This document shows positions 10,301 through 19,306 of a DNA stretch of 64,000 bases, one piece after another. Position numbers and translations under genes: made by a program. Each line of letters starts with the position of its first letter. Position 1 is the stretch's first letter. The notes under the pieces are model-generated. The model saw only the letters and a list, made by a program, of their open reading frames with translations, ran no database searches and was not told the DNA's origin. This stretch comes from Bacteroidota bacterium (GTDB taxonomy: Bacteria > Bacteroidota > Bacteroidia > UBA8524), in contig SBGR01000061.1 of the NCBI GenBank assembly GCA_006226545.1, positions 122-64,121 of the forward strand, written 5' to 3'.

Positions 10301-11671
10301 GTGCAACTCATGATTAAAGGTATCCCTGACATTACCATCACTCCTTTATTGGGTATATGTGAGGATAGCGCGGCTATTAGTTTAACGAATAACGCGAATC
10401 CAAGAGGGGCAACTGGAGTTTGGACCGGTACGGGTGTAACTTCAAATATGTTTGATCCAGCAGCTGCTGGTGCGGGCTTCCATCAATTGGATTATGCTTA
10501 TACTGATCCAATTTCACAGTGTAGCAATACCGGTAATTTCACTATTGAAGTTCAGGCGAAACCTGAGATTCAATTCACCACACCAACGGCTAGTTGTGCT
10601 GGTGAGCCATTCAAACTGGATGTAAACTTGACAAATGCTCCGGGTATCCTTTGGGGACGTCAAGGCGACGGTGAGTTTGATGCAGTTGGTTCCGGTAGTG
10701 GAACATCTAGTTTAACAAATACATTCTACTATCCGGGTAATGGTGATATCGCGGCTCAGCAGTTTAGAATCTTTGCCGAGACAACAAATCCTAGATATTG
10801 CCAACCGGCTCGCGTAGATGAAACCATAGGCATCTACCCTATACCTACTGCTTCAATTTCAGCAGATGATTTGGAAGGATGTAATCCACATACGGTAAAC
10901 TTGGAGGCTGTAACCAATACCGGCCAAGGCGTTTACATCGAATGGGATTTCGGTGATGGCAATACGGTTTCAGGTAGAGACAACCAAAGAAATGCGGCTC
11001 ATACCTATACTACACCGGGTCAGTTTAACATCACCTTGTACTTGAGATCCGATACAAGCGTAGGAGCTTGTGAGAATACTGCAACACCGGTTGTTGCAAC
11101 AATTTTCCCAACTCCTGAGGCTGCAATGGATGCAAATCGTTGGAAAACAACAGTGGCCTTGCCAGGTGTTCAGTTCTACGATCGCTCAACCATCGATGGT
11201 GGTGGTACAATAAACTCTTGGTTGTGGAGCTTTGGCGACAGAAATGCGTCAACTTCTACCCAGCAGAATCCGTTCTTTGAATACCCAATTACAGAACCAA
11301 CCGATACAGGTGAGTTCATGGTACAGTTGATTGTAAACACACCAGACAACTGTCCTGATACTGCTTACCATCCAATGCAAATTGATCCGGATATTACCGT
11401 GTTCATTCCAAACGCGTTCACCCCGAACAATTTTGGTAAAGCTAGAAACGATAGGTTCTACGTAGTGGCAGATGGGTTTGAATCATTTGAAATCACCATC
11501 TATACCCGTTGGGGTGAAGTGGTTTACAAATCTGCCGACATTGAAGAAGGATGGGATGGTATGTACAAAAATGTTGAAGCTCAGCAGGATGTGTATGTTT
11601 ACTATGTTAAAGTGACATCCATGGCCGGCAAAGAGTTTGAATACTACGGTACAGTTACATTGCTCCGATAA
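7328..11671 (+). CDS. Large secreted T9SS type B sorting-domain (gliding motility-associated CTD) protein with Cys-rich N-terminal domain and PKD-like repeats
   Basis: Signal peptide MKKILLFLFVVMSLFVTREAEA. 12 Cys in the first ~130 mature residues. W.FGDG PKD-like motifs. C-terminus FIPNAFTPNNFGKARNDRFYV...WDGMYKN...YYVKV matches the type B CTD (FTPNGDGxND...W.G). ORF track start TTG 7301; the ATG at 7328 gives a proper signal peptide. Confidence 0.8.
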   Translation: MKKILLFLFVVMSLFVTREAEASHVMGSDIVYRCKGNGKYEITLRVYRDCNGIQVSQAPVTARCSSSTVSITAQTKVSVRDITGIDARCPIQSRCSGSFQYGVEEHIWKMEVDLSSYSCCEWTLSWEQCCRNGNITTGQANQNFFTTATLNKCVTPCNSSPDFTNPPVAIICANQDFVFNNGALDTIDAGDSLSYSLVPGLQSLNNNVTYTGQFSPTRPLTFFGFPNQNLQWPAGFRLDPTTGDLLFRPTQVNQVAIVVIEVKEWRLVNGQMQVVGRTRRDMQIIVVSCPNNNVPTIDPPYSVQACANQQKCINIVTDDDDPGDTVRISWNRGIPGATFTNNNGQQRLATGQVCWTPTDAHVSNIPYTFTVTARDDACPLAGQAVRAFSIFVRETPKADRNIQVLNCGKVALSYTPLKTYSGLTASWVIRDSLNRGVWSGNSQTDTAFLQPGVHRVFLTLQTSTPCINILFDSIIVPEFVQIQVPTDTFVCAGNQLNLNSTTINGDAPYEYLWTQIDETQSPVDSPSTDPNLSLLPDSTVRYVLRVKDDNGCYNWDTATVHYSPLPPVNAGLDERVCKNTFVTFDAGNDTMTLSYLWSNGDTTRAISVQDSNAYVVRVTDSMGCVNRDTVNLFVNSAKPELGNNRNICENDTITLYATNADSYSWYNLSGFTTSPLPPSIGTGASYFTTITQSVGFVVKGVQTYQGVSCEGFDTVRVTMNPLPEIFLNPQGPHCEDVKFVNLATYVQYPTLTNGTWRSEPNATLVNNNQFNVDSSGATPAGSPGFRVVYRVTDNRGCSNEAATFVDVVAKPTIVLKDLDVCGDFGLLALNNLLTTPLPGGQIGNTFSWKSADNLTVVNNNINTINPLDQKLNIANLPQGVTYRLLYSFTNNTTTCSNTGIANVRVNTVPNTDAGILTPKCWNEGIVDLSSANPSPAGGTWSVSVATPAAQAGFSNGMFNPTAINAAQFTAQNYYWFKYSYTSPEGCSKADSVQLMIKGIPDITITPLLGICEDSAAISLTNNANPRGATGVWTGTGVTSNMFDPAAAGAGFHQLDYAYTDPISQCSNTGNFTIEVQAKPEIQFTTPTASCAGEPFKLDVNLTNAPGILWGRQGDGEFDAVGSGSGTSSLTNTFYYPGNGDIAAQQFRIFAETTNPRYCQPARVDETIGIYPIPTASISADDLEGCNPHTVNLEAVTNTGQGVYIEWDFGDGNTVSGRDNQRNAAHTYTTPGQFNITLYLRSDTSVGACENTATPVVATIFPTPEAAMDANRWKTTVALPGVQFYDRSTIDGGGTINSWLWSFGDRNASTSTQQNPFFEYPITEPTDTGEFMVQLIVNTPDNCPDTAYHPMQIDPDITVFIPNAFTPNNFGKARNDRFYVVADGFESFEITIYTRWGEVVYKSADIEEGWDGMYKNVEAQQDVYVYYVKVTSMAGKEFEYYGTVTLLR

Positions 11672-11690
11672 TTAATCTGAATATTATTCA

Positions 11691-11722
11691 AAGGCTACTC
11701 ACTTGTGGGTAGCCTTTTTTTT
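11691..11722 (+). terminator. Intrinsic terminator after T9SS type B gene
   Basis: GGCTAC...GTAGCC stem followed by TTTTTTTT. Confidence 0.6.
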
Positions 11723-11858
11723 GCCATTTGGTTTGTGAAGGATGCCTTTCTTATGGAAATGGTGAGTTGATTGAGTAATCAATTCAGAAGGTTATGGGCA
11801 TTAAAAAAGCGAATCCTACCGGAGTAGAATTCGCTTTAGTATAAAGTTTAAGCTCAGC

Positions 11859-13112
11859 TTAGATGCTGAATGCTGCTTTTACTTGATCTACGTAATCTAG
11901 TTTTTCCCAAGTGAATAATTCAACATCAAGGCTAAGTTCATTGTCTTTTCCTTTGTTGAAAGTCTTGCGAACGGTTTCGTTATTTCTTCCCATGTGACCG
12001 TATGCAGCAGTTTCTGAATACATAGGGCTACGAAGCTTCAAACGAGTTTCAATGGCGTATGGACGAAGGTCGAATACTTGTTCTACGATGCGAGCGATTT
12101 CGCCATCGTTCATGTTCACTTTAGCTGTTCCGTAAGTGTTAACATAAACACCACATGGTTTAGCCACGCCGATGGCATAAGATACCTGAACTAAAACTTC
12201 ATCACATACTCCAGCAGCAACGAGGTTTTTAGCAATATGGCGAGTAGCATAAGCCGCTGAACGGTCTACTTTGGATGGGTCTTTTCCTGAGAATGCACCA
12301 CCACCGTGAGCGCCTTTTCCACCATAAGTATCAACGATAATTTTTCTTCCGGTTAAGCCGGTATCACCGTGAGGACCGCCAATAACAAATTTACCGGTCG
12401 GGTTAATGTGATACGTGATTTGGTCGTTGAACAAATGCTGCAATTCAGGTTTGATTTGCGCTTTGATACGCGGAATCAAAATGCTGATGATGTCATTTTT
12501 AATAACATTCAACATCATTTCTTCTGAATCAAAATCGTCGTGTTGTGTTGAAACAACAATAGTATCAATGCGAACAGGTTGGTTGTCGTCGTTGTATTCA
12601 ATGGTCACCTGGCTCTTAGCATCCGGGCGGAGGTAAGTCATGATTTTACCTTCTTTGCGGATTGCAGCAAGTTCTTCCAAGATTTTGTGTGCAAGATCCA
12701 AAGCCAAAGGCATATAGTTATCGGTTTCGCGTGTGGCATAACCGAACATCATTCCTTGGTCACCGGCACCTTGTTCTTCAGGGCTTTTACGCTCAACTCC
12801 CTGGTTGATATCAGGTGATTGTTCGTGAATGGCTGAAAGCACACCACACGAGTTTGCTTCAAACATGTATTCGCTTTTGGTATAACCGATTTTACGGATC
12901 ACACCGCGGGCAATATCCTGAACATCCAGGTAAGCATTCGATTTAACTTCACCGGCCAAAATAACCTGTCCGGTAGTAACCAAAGTTTCGCAGGCTACTT
13001 TAGAGCTTGGGTCGTAAGCCAAAAAATTATCTATCAAGGCATCGCTGATTTGGTCAGCTACTTTATCCGGATGCCCTTCAGAAACAGATTCAGAGGTAAA
13101 TAAATATGGCAT
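11859..13112 (-). CDS. metK: S-adenosylmethionine synthetase
   Basis: Canonical MetK N-terminus ([21 protein letters not shown]) and [16 protein letters not shown] motif. Confidence 0.95.
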   Translation of the reverse strand: MPYLFTSESVSEGHPDKVADQISDALIDNFLAYDPSSKVACETLVTTGQVILAGEVKSNAYLDVQDIARGVIRKIGYTKSEYMFEANSCGVLSAIHEQSPDINQGVERKSPEEQGAGDQGMMFGYATRETDNYMPLALDLAHKILEELAAIRKEGKIMTYLRPDAKSQVTIEYNDDNQPVRIDTIVVSTQHDDFDSEEMMLNVIKNDIISILIPRIKAQIKPELQHLFNDQITYHINPTGKFVIGGPHGDTGLTGRKIIVDTYGGKGAHGGGAFSGKDPSKVDRSAAYATRHIAKNLVAAGVCDEVLVQVSYAIGVAKPCGVYVNTYGTAKVNMNDGEIARIVEQVFDLRPYAIETRLKLRSPMYSETAAYGHMGRNNETVRKTFNKGKDNELSLDVELFTWEKLDYVDQVKAAFSI

Positions 13113-13186
13113 ATTTTAAATTTAGAGATGCGAAAATAGCTTTTTCTAACGCTTGTTCAAAGCGGTTCAATGAAGCAAAATGGCAA

Positions 13187-13453
13187 TTAGCGAATCTGAA
13201 AATCAGACGATAGAATTTCCGTTGTGGTGTCTTGTTCAATAACCTCATCTACCCTCGATAATGGCGAGCCGGAATGCAAAAAGGCTTGGAGCTCGTTTAG
13301 TTGTTCTTCCGTTCCTTCGGCACAACAAAAAACAGATCCATCTGCATGATTTTGAACAAAACCTTGGAGCCCCAAAGACATCGCTTTTTCTTTGGTATAC
13401 TTTCTAAAAAAGACGCCTTGAACGCGTCCTTTGATGGTAAAGGTCTTTTGCAT
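13187..13453 (-). CDS. Acylphosphatase
   Basis: 88 aa; VQGVFFRKYT...GLQGFVQNHADGSV matches the acylphosphatase signatures. 1-nt overlap with radA stop. Confidence 0.75.
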   Translation of the reverse strand: MQKTFTIKGRVQGVFFRKYTKEKAMSLGLQGFVQNHADGSVFCCAEGTEEQLNELQAFLHSGSPLSRVDEVIEQDTTTEILSSDFQIR

Positions 13454-14808
13454 TAGCCAAAGAGGTATTGAAACAGTTCCTCCACTTTTTTCACCTGAAT
13501 CACTTCCATGTTCTTCGCTTTTTTAGCGAGTCCTTCCTTCGGAATATTGGTGAAAAACTTCTTGAAACCGAGCTTCTCAGCTTCTACAATGCGCTGTTCA
13601 ACCTTGCTCACAGGTCTGATTTCTCCCGATAATCCCACCTCGCCGGCAAAAACATAGTTGTAGGGAATAAAAAGGTCTTCGTAAGAGCTGAGTATCGCTG
13701 TCACAATCGCTAAATCCAATGCCGGATCTTCCAGTTTGAGTCCGCCGGTTATATTAATAAAGACATCTTGTTGAGCTAAGCGAAAGCCACATCGCTTTTC
13801 TAAAACTGCCAAAAGCATGTTCAAGCGCCGAAGGTCGTAGCCATTTACGTTACGCTGCGGAGTACCATAAACGGCGGAGCTAACCAAAGATTGCGCTTCA
13901 ATCATGAGTGGCCGGGCACCTTCCAAAGCTGCTCCGATGCAGATACCACTCAAGTCTTCGTTTTTATGGGATATCAGAATTTCAGAAGGATTGGCTACTT
14001 CACGTAAGCCGTCGTTCAACATTTCATAGATGCCTATTTCACTGGTTGAACCAAAACGGTTTTTAGAGGCTCTGAGCAAGCGGTAATTGTATTGCCTGTC
14101 GCCTTCAAACTGTAATACTGTATCCACCATGTGTTCCAGCACCTTTGGACCGGCAATGAAACCTTCTTTGGTAATATGTCCGATCAGAAATAAAGGTATG
14201 TCTCTTTGTTTGGCTACCCGAATCAATTCGTTGGTGCATTCTCTGATCTGAGAAACTGTTCCGGGGGCCGATTCAATTAAGTCGCTTTGCAAGGTTTGAA
14301 CCGAGTCAATCACGATGACATTCGGTTCTTCTTGATCTATTAAAGAGAGTATTTGCCTTAAATCAACGGTGCTTACCACATAACAATCTTCATTTCGAAT
14401 GCCGATACGGTCAGCGCGCATTTTAATCTGATTTTCGCTTTCCTCACCGGAGATATAGAGAAATTTACCCTGCATCTGCACGGCCAGTTGAAGAAGAAGT
14501 GTCGATTTACCGATGCCCGGTTCGCCTCCCAAAAGGATGGCAGAACCCGGAACCATACCTCCACCCAAAACGCGGTTTAGCTCATTATCGCTTGTAAGAA
14601 TGCGCACCGTATCTTGTTTGCTTAAGGTGTGCAAGGGGCTGACAGTCTTAATATTAGACTGTGCCTTGCCTTGGTATTTGCTTTTAGATTCAGGGGCAAT
14701 TTCTTCTACCAAAGTATTCCACTCTCCACAAGAGGGACATTTGCCTACCCATTTTGCTGAACGGTATGCACACTGCTGACAAACGAAGGAAGTTTTTTTT
14801 GATGCCAT
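13453..14808 (-). CDS. radA: DNA repair protein RadA/Sms
   Basis: C4 zinc ribbon CQQCAYRSAKWVGKCPSCGEWNT, Walker A GGEPGIGKST, KNRFG motif, Lon-like C-terminal domain. ORF track start 14895 has a 29-aa N-extension; ATG at 14808 (MASKKTSF) fits RadA. Confidence 0.93.
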   Translation of the reverse strand: MASKKTSFVCQQCAYRSAKWVGKCPSCGEWNTLVEEIAPESKSKYQGKAQSNIKTVSPLHTLSKQDTVRILTSDNELNRVLGGGMVPGSAILLGGEPGIGKSTLLLQLAVQMQGKFLYISGEESENQIKMRADRIGIRNEDCYVVSTVDLRQILSLIDQEEPNVIVIDSVQTLQSDLIESAPGTVSQIRECTNELIRVAKQRDIPLFLIGHITKEGFIAGPKVLEHMVDTVLQFEGDRQYNYRLLRASKNRFGSTSEIGIYEMLNDGLREVANPSEILISHKNEDLSGICIGAALEGARPLMIEAQSLVSSAVYGTPQRNVNGYDLRRLNMLLAVLEKRCGFRLAQQDVFINITGGLKLEDPALDLAIVTAILSSYEDLFIPYNYVFAGEVGLSGEIRPVSKVEQRIVEAEKLGFKKFFTNIPKEGLAKKAKNMEVIQVKKVEELFQYLFG

Positions 14809-14883
14809 TTCAACCCTGCGTGTAAAGATTACGTTAAATACTGATAAAAAGGGGAGCTTGGATTGCAATAAACAGAATTTTTC

Positions 14884-14891
14884 TATTTTTG
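14884..14891 (+). promoter_or_regulatory. Candidate -7 box TATTTTTG with TTG about 18 nt upstream, for exbB
   Basis: TATTTTTG matches TAnnTTTG. TTG at 14863-14865 sits at -33-like spacing. 36 nt upstream of ATG 14928. Confidence 0.35.
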
Positions 14892-14927
14892 CCACAACCC
14901 TTAATAGACCTTAATACAAACGTGATT

Positions 14928-15764
14928 ATGAAAAAGCTATTTGCGCTGTGTCTTGCTATCGGAATGATGTTCGGTACATTAACCCCGGCTTTCGCAACAG
15001 AAGAGGCCCCGGCTAACGACACTAGTACTAAAACCGAAGAAGCAGTACCAGCAGCCGCTCCTGCAGAAGAAGAAGCTGAAGAAGCAGCACCATCAACAGA
15101 GGTAACTGAAGATGTGGAAGACAAAGGAATCCACCAAGTTATCAAAGAGAAGTTTATCGAAGGTGATCCGTTCTGGATGACTCCGGTATTGATTGTATTG
15201 ATTCTAGGTCTGGCTGTTGCCATCGAAAGAATCATCACTTTGAGTCTTTCTACCATCAACAAAGACAAATTTGTAAAAGAAGTTGAAGAAGCCGTATTGA
15301 GCGGAGGTGTTGAAGCAGCTAAAGAAGTTTGCCGCAAGACCAAAGGTCCTATCGCTTCTATTTTCTACCAAGGCTTAGACCGCTCTAACGAAGGTATCAG
15401 CGTTGTAGAAAAAACCATCGTTTCTTATGGCTCAGTTCAAATGGGTCAGTTGGAAAGAGGTATGGTATGGTTATCCTTGTTTATCGCTCTTGCCCCAATG
15501 CTCGGGTTTATGGGTACGGTAATCGGTATGATCCAGGCCTTCGACCAAATCCAGGCTCAAGGTGATATCTCTCCAGCAGTAGTTGCGGGTGGTATTAAAG
15601 TAGCCCTCTTGACTACCGTAGCTGGTTTGATCGTTGCGATCTTCTTGCAATTGTTCTACAACTACATCGTTAACAAAGTAGACACCATGGTTAACAACAT
15701 GGAAGAAGCTTCTATTGACCTGGTAGACATCCTGGTTAAAAACAAAATTTCATCAACTAACTAA
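14928..15764 (+). CDS. exbB: MotA/TolQ/ExbB proton-channel family protein with Ala/Glu/Pro-rich N-terminal extension
   Basis: Signal/TM MKKLFALCLAIGMMF, about 60-aa low-complexity acidic extension, then the ExbB core with three TMs (LSLFIALAPMLGFMGTVIGM; ALLTTVAGLIVAI). Confidence 0.85.
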   Translation: MKKLFALCLAIGMMFGTLTPAFATEEAPANDTSTKTEEAVPAAAPAEEEAEEAAPSTEVTEDVEDKGIHQVIKEKFIEGDPFWMTPVLIVLILGLAVAIERIITLSLSTINKDKFVKEVEEAVLSGGVEAAKEVCRKTKGPIASIFYQGLDRSNEGISVVEKTIVSYGSVQMGQLERGMVWLSLFIALAPMLGFMGTVIGMIQAFDQIQAQGDISPAVVAGGIKVALLTTVAGLIVAIFLQLFYNYIVNKVDTMVNNMEEASIDLVDILVKNKISSTN

Positions 15765-15775
15765 GCCAACTCAAC

Positions 15776-16195
15776 ATGCAGAACGCATTTAAATTTATAC
15801 TTTATATCGCGGCAGCAGCACTCTGCATTGGTGTAGCAGTGGCTGTCTACGGTATGGAAGACGGAGCCTCTGCAGGCGCTAACGTCGGACTGATTACAAC
15901 CTATGTTTTGGCAGGTATTGCCATCGCAGGTGCGGTTGTATTCCCTATCGTTTACTTGATTCAACACCCTCAGCAGTTAGTTCGTGCAGCTATCGGTTTA
16001 GGAATTGTAGCAGTGTTGTACCTTGTGTCTTGGGCTATCTCAGGAAACGAAATCACCATTGCCTACGAGAAAGTTTCTTTCACATCAGCCTCTATGTCTA
16101 AGATTATTGGCGGAGGATTAATAATGATGTACATCATGATCATCGGAGTTTTGGTAGTAACCATTGCCTCCGAAGTGAAGAACATCCTTAAATAA
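15776..16195 (+). CDS. Small 4-TM membrane protein of unknown function, inserted between exbB and exbD
   Basis: 139 aa, four hydrophobic helices, no recognizable motif; co-oriented with tight spacing (11-nt and 6-nt gaps). Confidence 0.4.
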   Translation: MQNAFKFILYIAAAALCIGVAVAVYGMEDGASAGANVGLITTYVLAGIAIAGAVVFPIVYLIQHPQQLVRAAIGLGIVAVLYLVSWAISGNEITIAYEKVSFTSASMSKIIGGGLIMMYIMIIGVLVVTIASEVKNILK

Positions 16196-16201
16196 GTAAG
16201 C

Positions 16202-16747
16202 ATGTCAAGAAATAACAGATCGATACCGGAAATCAATGCAGGATCCATGGCGGATATCGCCTTCCTGTTGCTGATCTTCTTCCTGGTGACTACCACCATG
16301 GATTCAGATTCCGGTATCACGATCAAGTTGCCACCGCACGTGGAAGACTTGGAGGTTGAACCACCTCCGATCAAGAAAAGAAACGTGTTGGAAGTATTGG
16401 TTAACTCGAACAACCAGCTATTGGTGGAAGAGAAACTGATGCGCATAGAGCAACTTCGGGCGATGACTAAAAAGTTCATCACCAATAACGGTGCGGACCC
16501 TGATTTGAGTGATAACCCGTTGAAAGCGGTAGTATCCTTGAAGAATGACCGTGCAACATCGTATAAAGCCTATATCCAGGTTCAGAACGAATTGAAAGCG
16601 GCTTACCGTGAAGTTCGTGAGGATTATGCGCGTAACAAATTTGGAAGGACCTTCGATCAATTGTCTGTAGACAAGCAAAACGAAATCCTGACCATGTTCC
16701 CGCAGAAGATCTCTGAAGCAGAACCTGAAAAGATTGGACAGGAGTAA
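16202..16747 (+). CDS. exbD: Biopolymer transport protein ExbD/TolR
   Basis: N-terminal INAGSMADIAFLLLIFFLVTTT TM anchor typical of ExbD/TolR. Confidence 0.85.
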   Translation: MSRNNRSIPEINAGSMADIAFLLLIFFLVTTTMDSDSGITIKLPPHVEDLEVEPPPIKKRNVLEVLVNSNNQLLVEEKLMRIEQLRAMTKKFITNNGADPDLSDNPLKAVVSLKNDRATSYKAYIQVQNELKAAYREVREDYARNKFGRTFDQLSVDKQNEILTMFPQKISEAEPEKIGQE

Positions 16748-16752
16748 GCATT

Positions 16753-17226
16753 ATGGCGAAAATCAGAAAGAAAAAATCATCGGGTAGCCCCGGCATCAAT
16801 ACGGCATCTTTGCCGGATATTGTGTTCATGTTGTTATTCTTCTTCATGGTGGCTACCACCATGCGTGAAGTAACCTTGAAGGTAAAAAACAATACCCCTC
16901 AGGCTACTGAAATTGAAAAACTGACAAAGAAGTCATTGGTAACCTTCATCTATGTAGGTCCTCCAACCAGTCAATTGCAAGGTGAATTTGGTACTTCAAC
17001 CCGTATTCAGTTGAATGACGCATTCAAAACAAAAGATGATGTGCGTATGTTCATCGAAACTGAAAGAGCGAAGTTGAGACAGAATGATCAAAGCAAAATG
17101 ATTGTTTCTATTAAGTCTGACGTAGAATCTAAGATGGGAATTATTTCCGACATCAAACAAGAGCTGCGTAAGGCGAATGCCCTCAAACTTTCTTACTCTG
17201 TTAAGAAAGCAGAAAGTGCCTTTTAA
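16753..17226 (+). CDS. exbD: Second ExbD/TolR family protein
   Basis: SLPDIVFMLLFFFMVATT anchor; 157 aa; paralog of the upstream exbD. Confidence 0.8.
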   Translation: MAKIRKKKSSGSPGINTASLPDIVFMLLFFFMVATTMREVTLKVKNNTPQATEIEKLTKKSLVTFIYVGPPTSQLQGEFGTSTRIQLNDAFKTKDDVRMFIETERAKLRQNDQSKMIVSIKSDVESKMGIISDIKQELRKANALKLSYSVKKAESAF

Positions 17227-17246
17227 TTAAGAATCACGTTATACAT

Positions 17247-17277
17247 GAAAATCCCGGCCTAGGTCGGGATTTTTTTA
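17247..17277. terminator. Bidirectional intrinsic terminator between exbD2 (+) and thioredoxin-domain gene (-)
   Basis: AAAATCCCGGCCTAGGTCGGGATTTTTTT: A-run, 6-bp GC stem, T-run. Overlaps the stop of the minus-strand gene. Confidence 0.6.
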
Positions 17278-19290
17278 TGCTTTAAAGATGAGCGCTTCCG
17301 CCTCCTTTAAACTGTATACGGGCGTATAGCAGCTTTCATTTTCGCATACGTAGATTCGGCCGTCTGTGGCAGAACGTTCTTGGGTGAGAGGCAGTTGAGA
17401 GTTGGAACCGGTCTTTGCTAACAACACAGCACTGTGGTGCAAATGTGCTTCTATGCTGAATGCTTCTGCTTCGGCAGAACAGAGCTGGAATAGACCATAG
17501 GCTTCTTCTAAGAAACTGAGTCCCCAATAGGAATACCATGGGGCATATTTCAGGAATTGTGGTCTGATGGCTTGCAACATTTTCTCCACACGGGCCTTGT
17601 AAGCAGGTTCTCCAAAGTAATGGTAACGCTGATGCAATGCCCTACAAACCATGGCGTTGCCGGAAGAGATCACATCATCCGTAGCGTCTTTCTTCCTCAC
17701 TTGCAAATCGGCTTGCTCACTTGGCGTGAAGTAAAAAAGAACGGCTTCTTCATCGCTAAAACGATTTAAAATATCGTCTAGGATAACTTTGGCTTTCACT
17801 AAATAGCGCTCGTCAAAACAGACTTGGTACAATGCAGTATAGGCTAAACTGAGCGAAGCCAAGTCTTCTAAGAACGCAGGTACGCTTAGGCCTTGTTTGT
17901 ACACGCGGTAATACACTCCATCCTGGTACATCTCCGCTTCAATAAACTCGGCTAAGGCTAGGGCTTTATCAAGGTAGGCCGGATTTTGAAATGCGCGGTA
18001 AGCATCACATAGTCCTTCTAAGTAAAGGGCATTCCAAGATAGCAGCACTTTGTCGTCTAGAGCCGGCTCAATACGTTTGGCTCTTGATGCCAGCGCTGTG
18101 TTAACTGCATCTGCTTTTATGTGTAGCCATTGATTCAAGGGCATCTTGCGCAAAGCGGCATATTCGGCATTGCTAAAATGGGCATGCAGTATGTTTTTAC
18201 CGTCTTCCCAGTTTCCTTTCTCGGTAATACGGTAATAATCCAAGAGAAGTGGAGCCTGTTCACCCCAAAGCGCTTCAAGTTCAGCTTTGCTCCAAACGTA
18301 GTATTGCCCTTCTTCCCCTTCACTATCGGCATCCCACGAAGCAAAATAGGCTCCTTTCCCATTCGCCCATTTGTTATCGATAAAGGCAATGGTTTGCTCA
18401 ACAACGGTTTTATAAAGTGGATCTTGATTGTCACTATAGGCTTTGCTGTAAAGGGATAGGAGCTGGCCATTGTCGTATAACATTTTCTCAAAATGCGGCA
18501 CCAGCCATTGTCCATCTACCGAGTAGCGCGCAAAACCGCCACCAAGCTGATCGTAGATACCCCCAAGAGCCATTTTCTTTAACGTGAAATGAACGAAGGA
18601 TTTGATTTCCGCGTTTTGGCTTAGTTGCGCATAGCTCAACAAGAAATGGTAGTTATTAGGCAACGGAAACTTAGGTGTTCTGGCCATACCCCCGAACTGA
18701 TAGTCGAATTGTTTGGCCCAGTTGTTTACGATGTTTTGGAGGTCCTTAGCCTGGAGTTTATCCGATTCTTGTACTTGGAGAATATCCATGCTTTTGATTC
18801 CTTCAATCAATTTGGCTGCATAGTCTTCCGCTTCCGACCTACGGTTGATATAGAGGTCGCGGACCTGAAACAAAAGCTGATTCCAATTGGCATTGGGGAA
18901 ATAGGTACCGCCGTGAATTGGTCGGCCATCCGGTAAACAAAACATATTCAATGGCCAACCGCCGTGGCCGGAAATCAGCTGAACGGCATCCATGTAAAGC
19001 TGATCCACATCGGGTCTTTCTTCCCTATCCACCTTAATGCACACAAAAAATTCGTTCATGATATCAGCGGTATCTTTGTTTTCAAAAGATTCGCGTTCCA
19101 TCACATGGCACCAATGGCAGGCGGCATATCCAATACTCACCAAAACGGGTTTATCATCGCGTTTAGCGATGGCCCAAGCTTCATCGCCCCATTCCATCCA
19201 ATTTACCGGATTATGAGCATGTTGAAGCAAGTAAGGACTGCGGGCCTTGATCAGGCTATTCGTGTATTTTGGGGCTTCGTTATTATTCAT
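17275..19290 (-). CDS. Thioredoxin-domain protein of the DUF255/YyaL family (thioredoxin fold plus six-hairpin glycosidase-like domain)
   Basis: [45 protein letters not shown] is the characteristic DUF255 thioredoxin-like motif. ORF track start 19323; ATG at 19290 (MNNNEAPKY) avoids overlapping the divergent neighbour. Confidence 0.8.
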   Translation of the reverse strand: MNNNEAPKYTNSLIKARSPYLLQHAHNPVNWMEWGDEAWAIAKRDDKPVLVSIGYAACHWCHVMERESFENKDTADIMNEFFVCIKVDREERPDVDQLYMDAVQLISGHGGWPLNMFCLPDGRPIHGGTYFPNANWNQLLFQVRDLYINRRSEAEDYAAKLIEGIKSMDILQVQESDKLQAKDLQNIVNNWAKQFDYQFGGMARTPKFPLPNNYHFLLSYAQLSQNAEIKSFVHFTLKKMALGGIYDQLGGGFARYSVDGQWLVPHFEKMLYDNGQLLSLYSKAYSDNQDPLYKTVVEQTIAFIDNKWANGKGAYFASWDADSEGEEGQYYVWSKAELEALWGEQAPLLLDYYRITEKGNWEDGKNILHAHFSNAEYAALRKMPLNQWLHIKADAVNTALASRAKRIEPALDDKVLLSWNALYLEGLCDAYRAFQNPAYLDKALALAEFIEAEMYQDGVYYRVYKQGLSVPAFLEDLASLSLAYTALYQVCFDERYLVKAKVILDDILNRFSDEEAVLFYFTPSEQADLQVRKKDATDDVISSGNAMVCRALHQRYHYFGEPAYKARVEKMLQAIRPQFLKYAPWYSYWGLSFLEEAYGLFQLCSAEAEAFSIEAHLHHSAVLLAKTGSNSQLPLTQERSATDGRIYVCENESCYTPVYSLKEAEALIFKA

Positions 19291-19306
19291 TAATTTTTGA
19301 CTCTCT

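Noticed and set aside
13113-13186. Possible SAM riboswitch in the 74-nt gap upstream of metK
   Set aside because: The spacer is too short for SAM-I, and I could not recognize SAM-II-like pseudoknot consensus by eye. Only a weak 5-bp hairpin is present. Would need a covariance-model scan.
14928-17226. Zorya-type (MotAB-like) anti-phage system
   Set aside because: The proteins have canonical ExbB/ExbD anchors and sizes with two ExbD paralogs, the normal Bacteroidota Ton motor layout. No ZorC/ZorD-like large genes adjacent.
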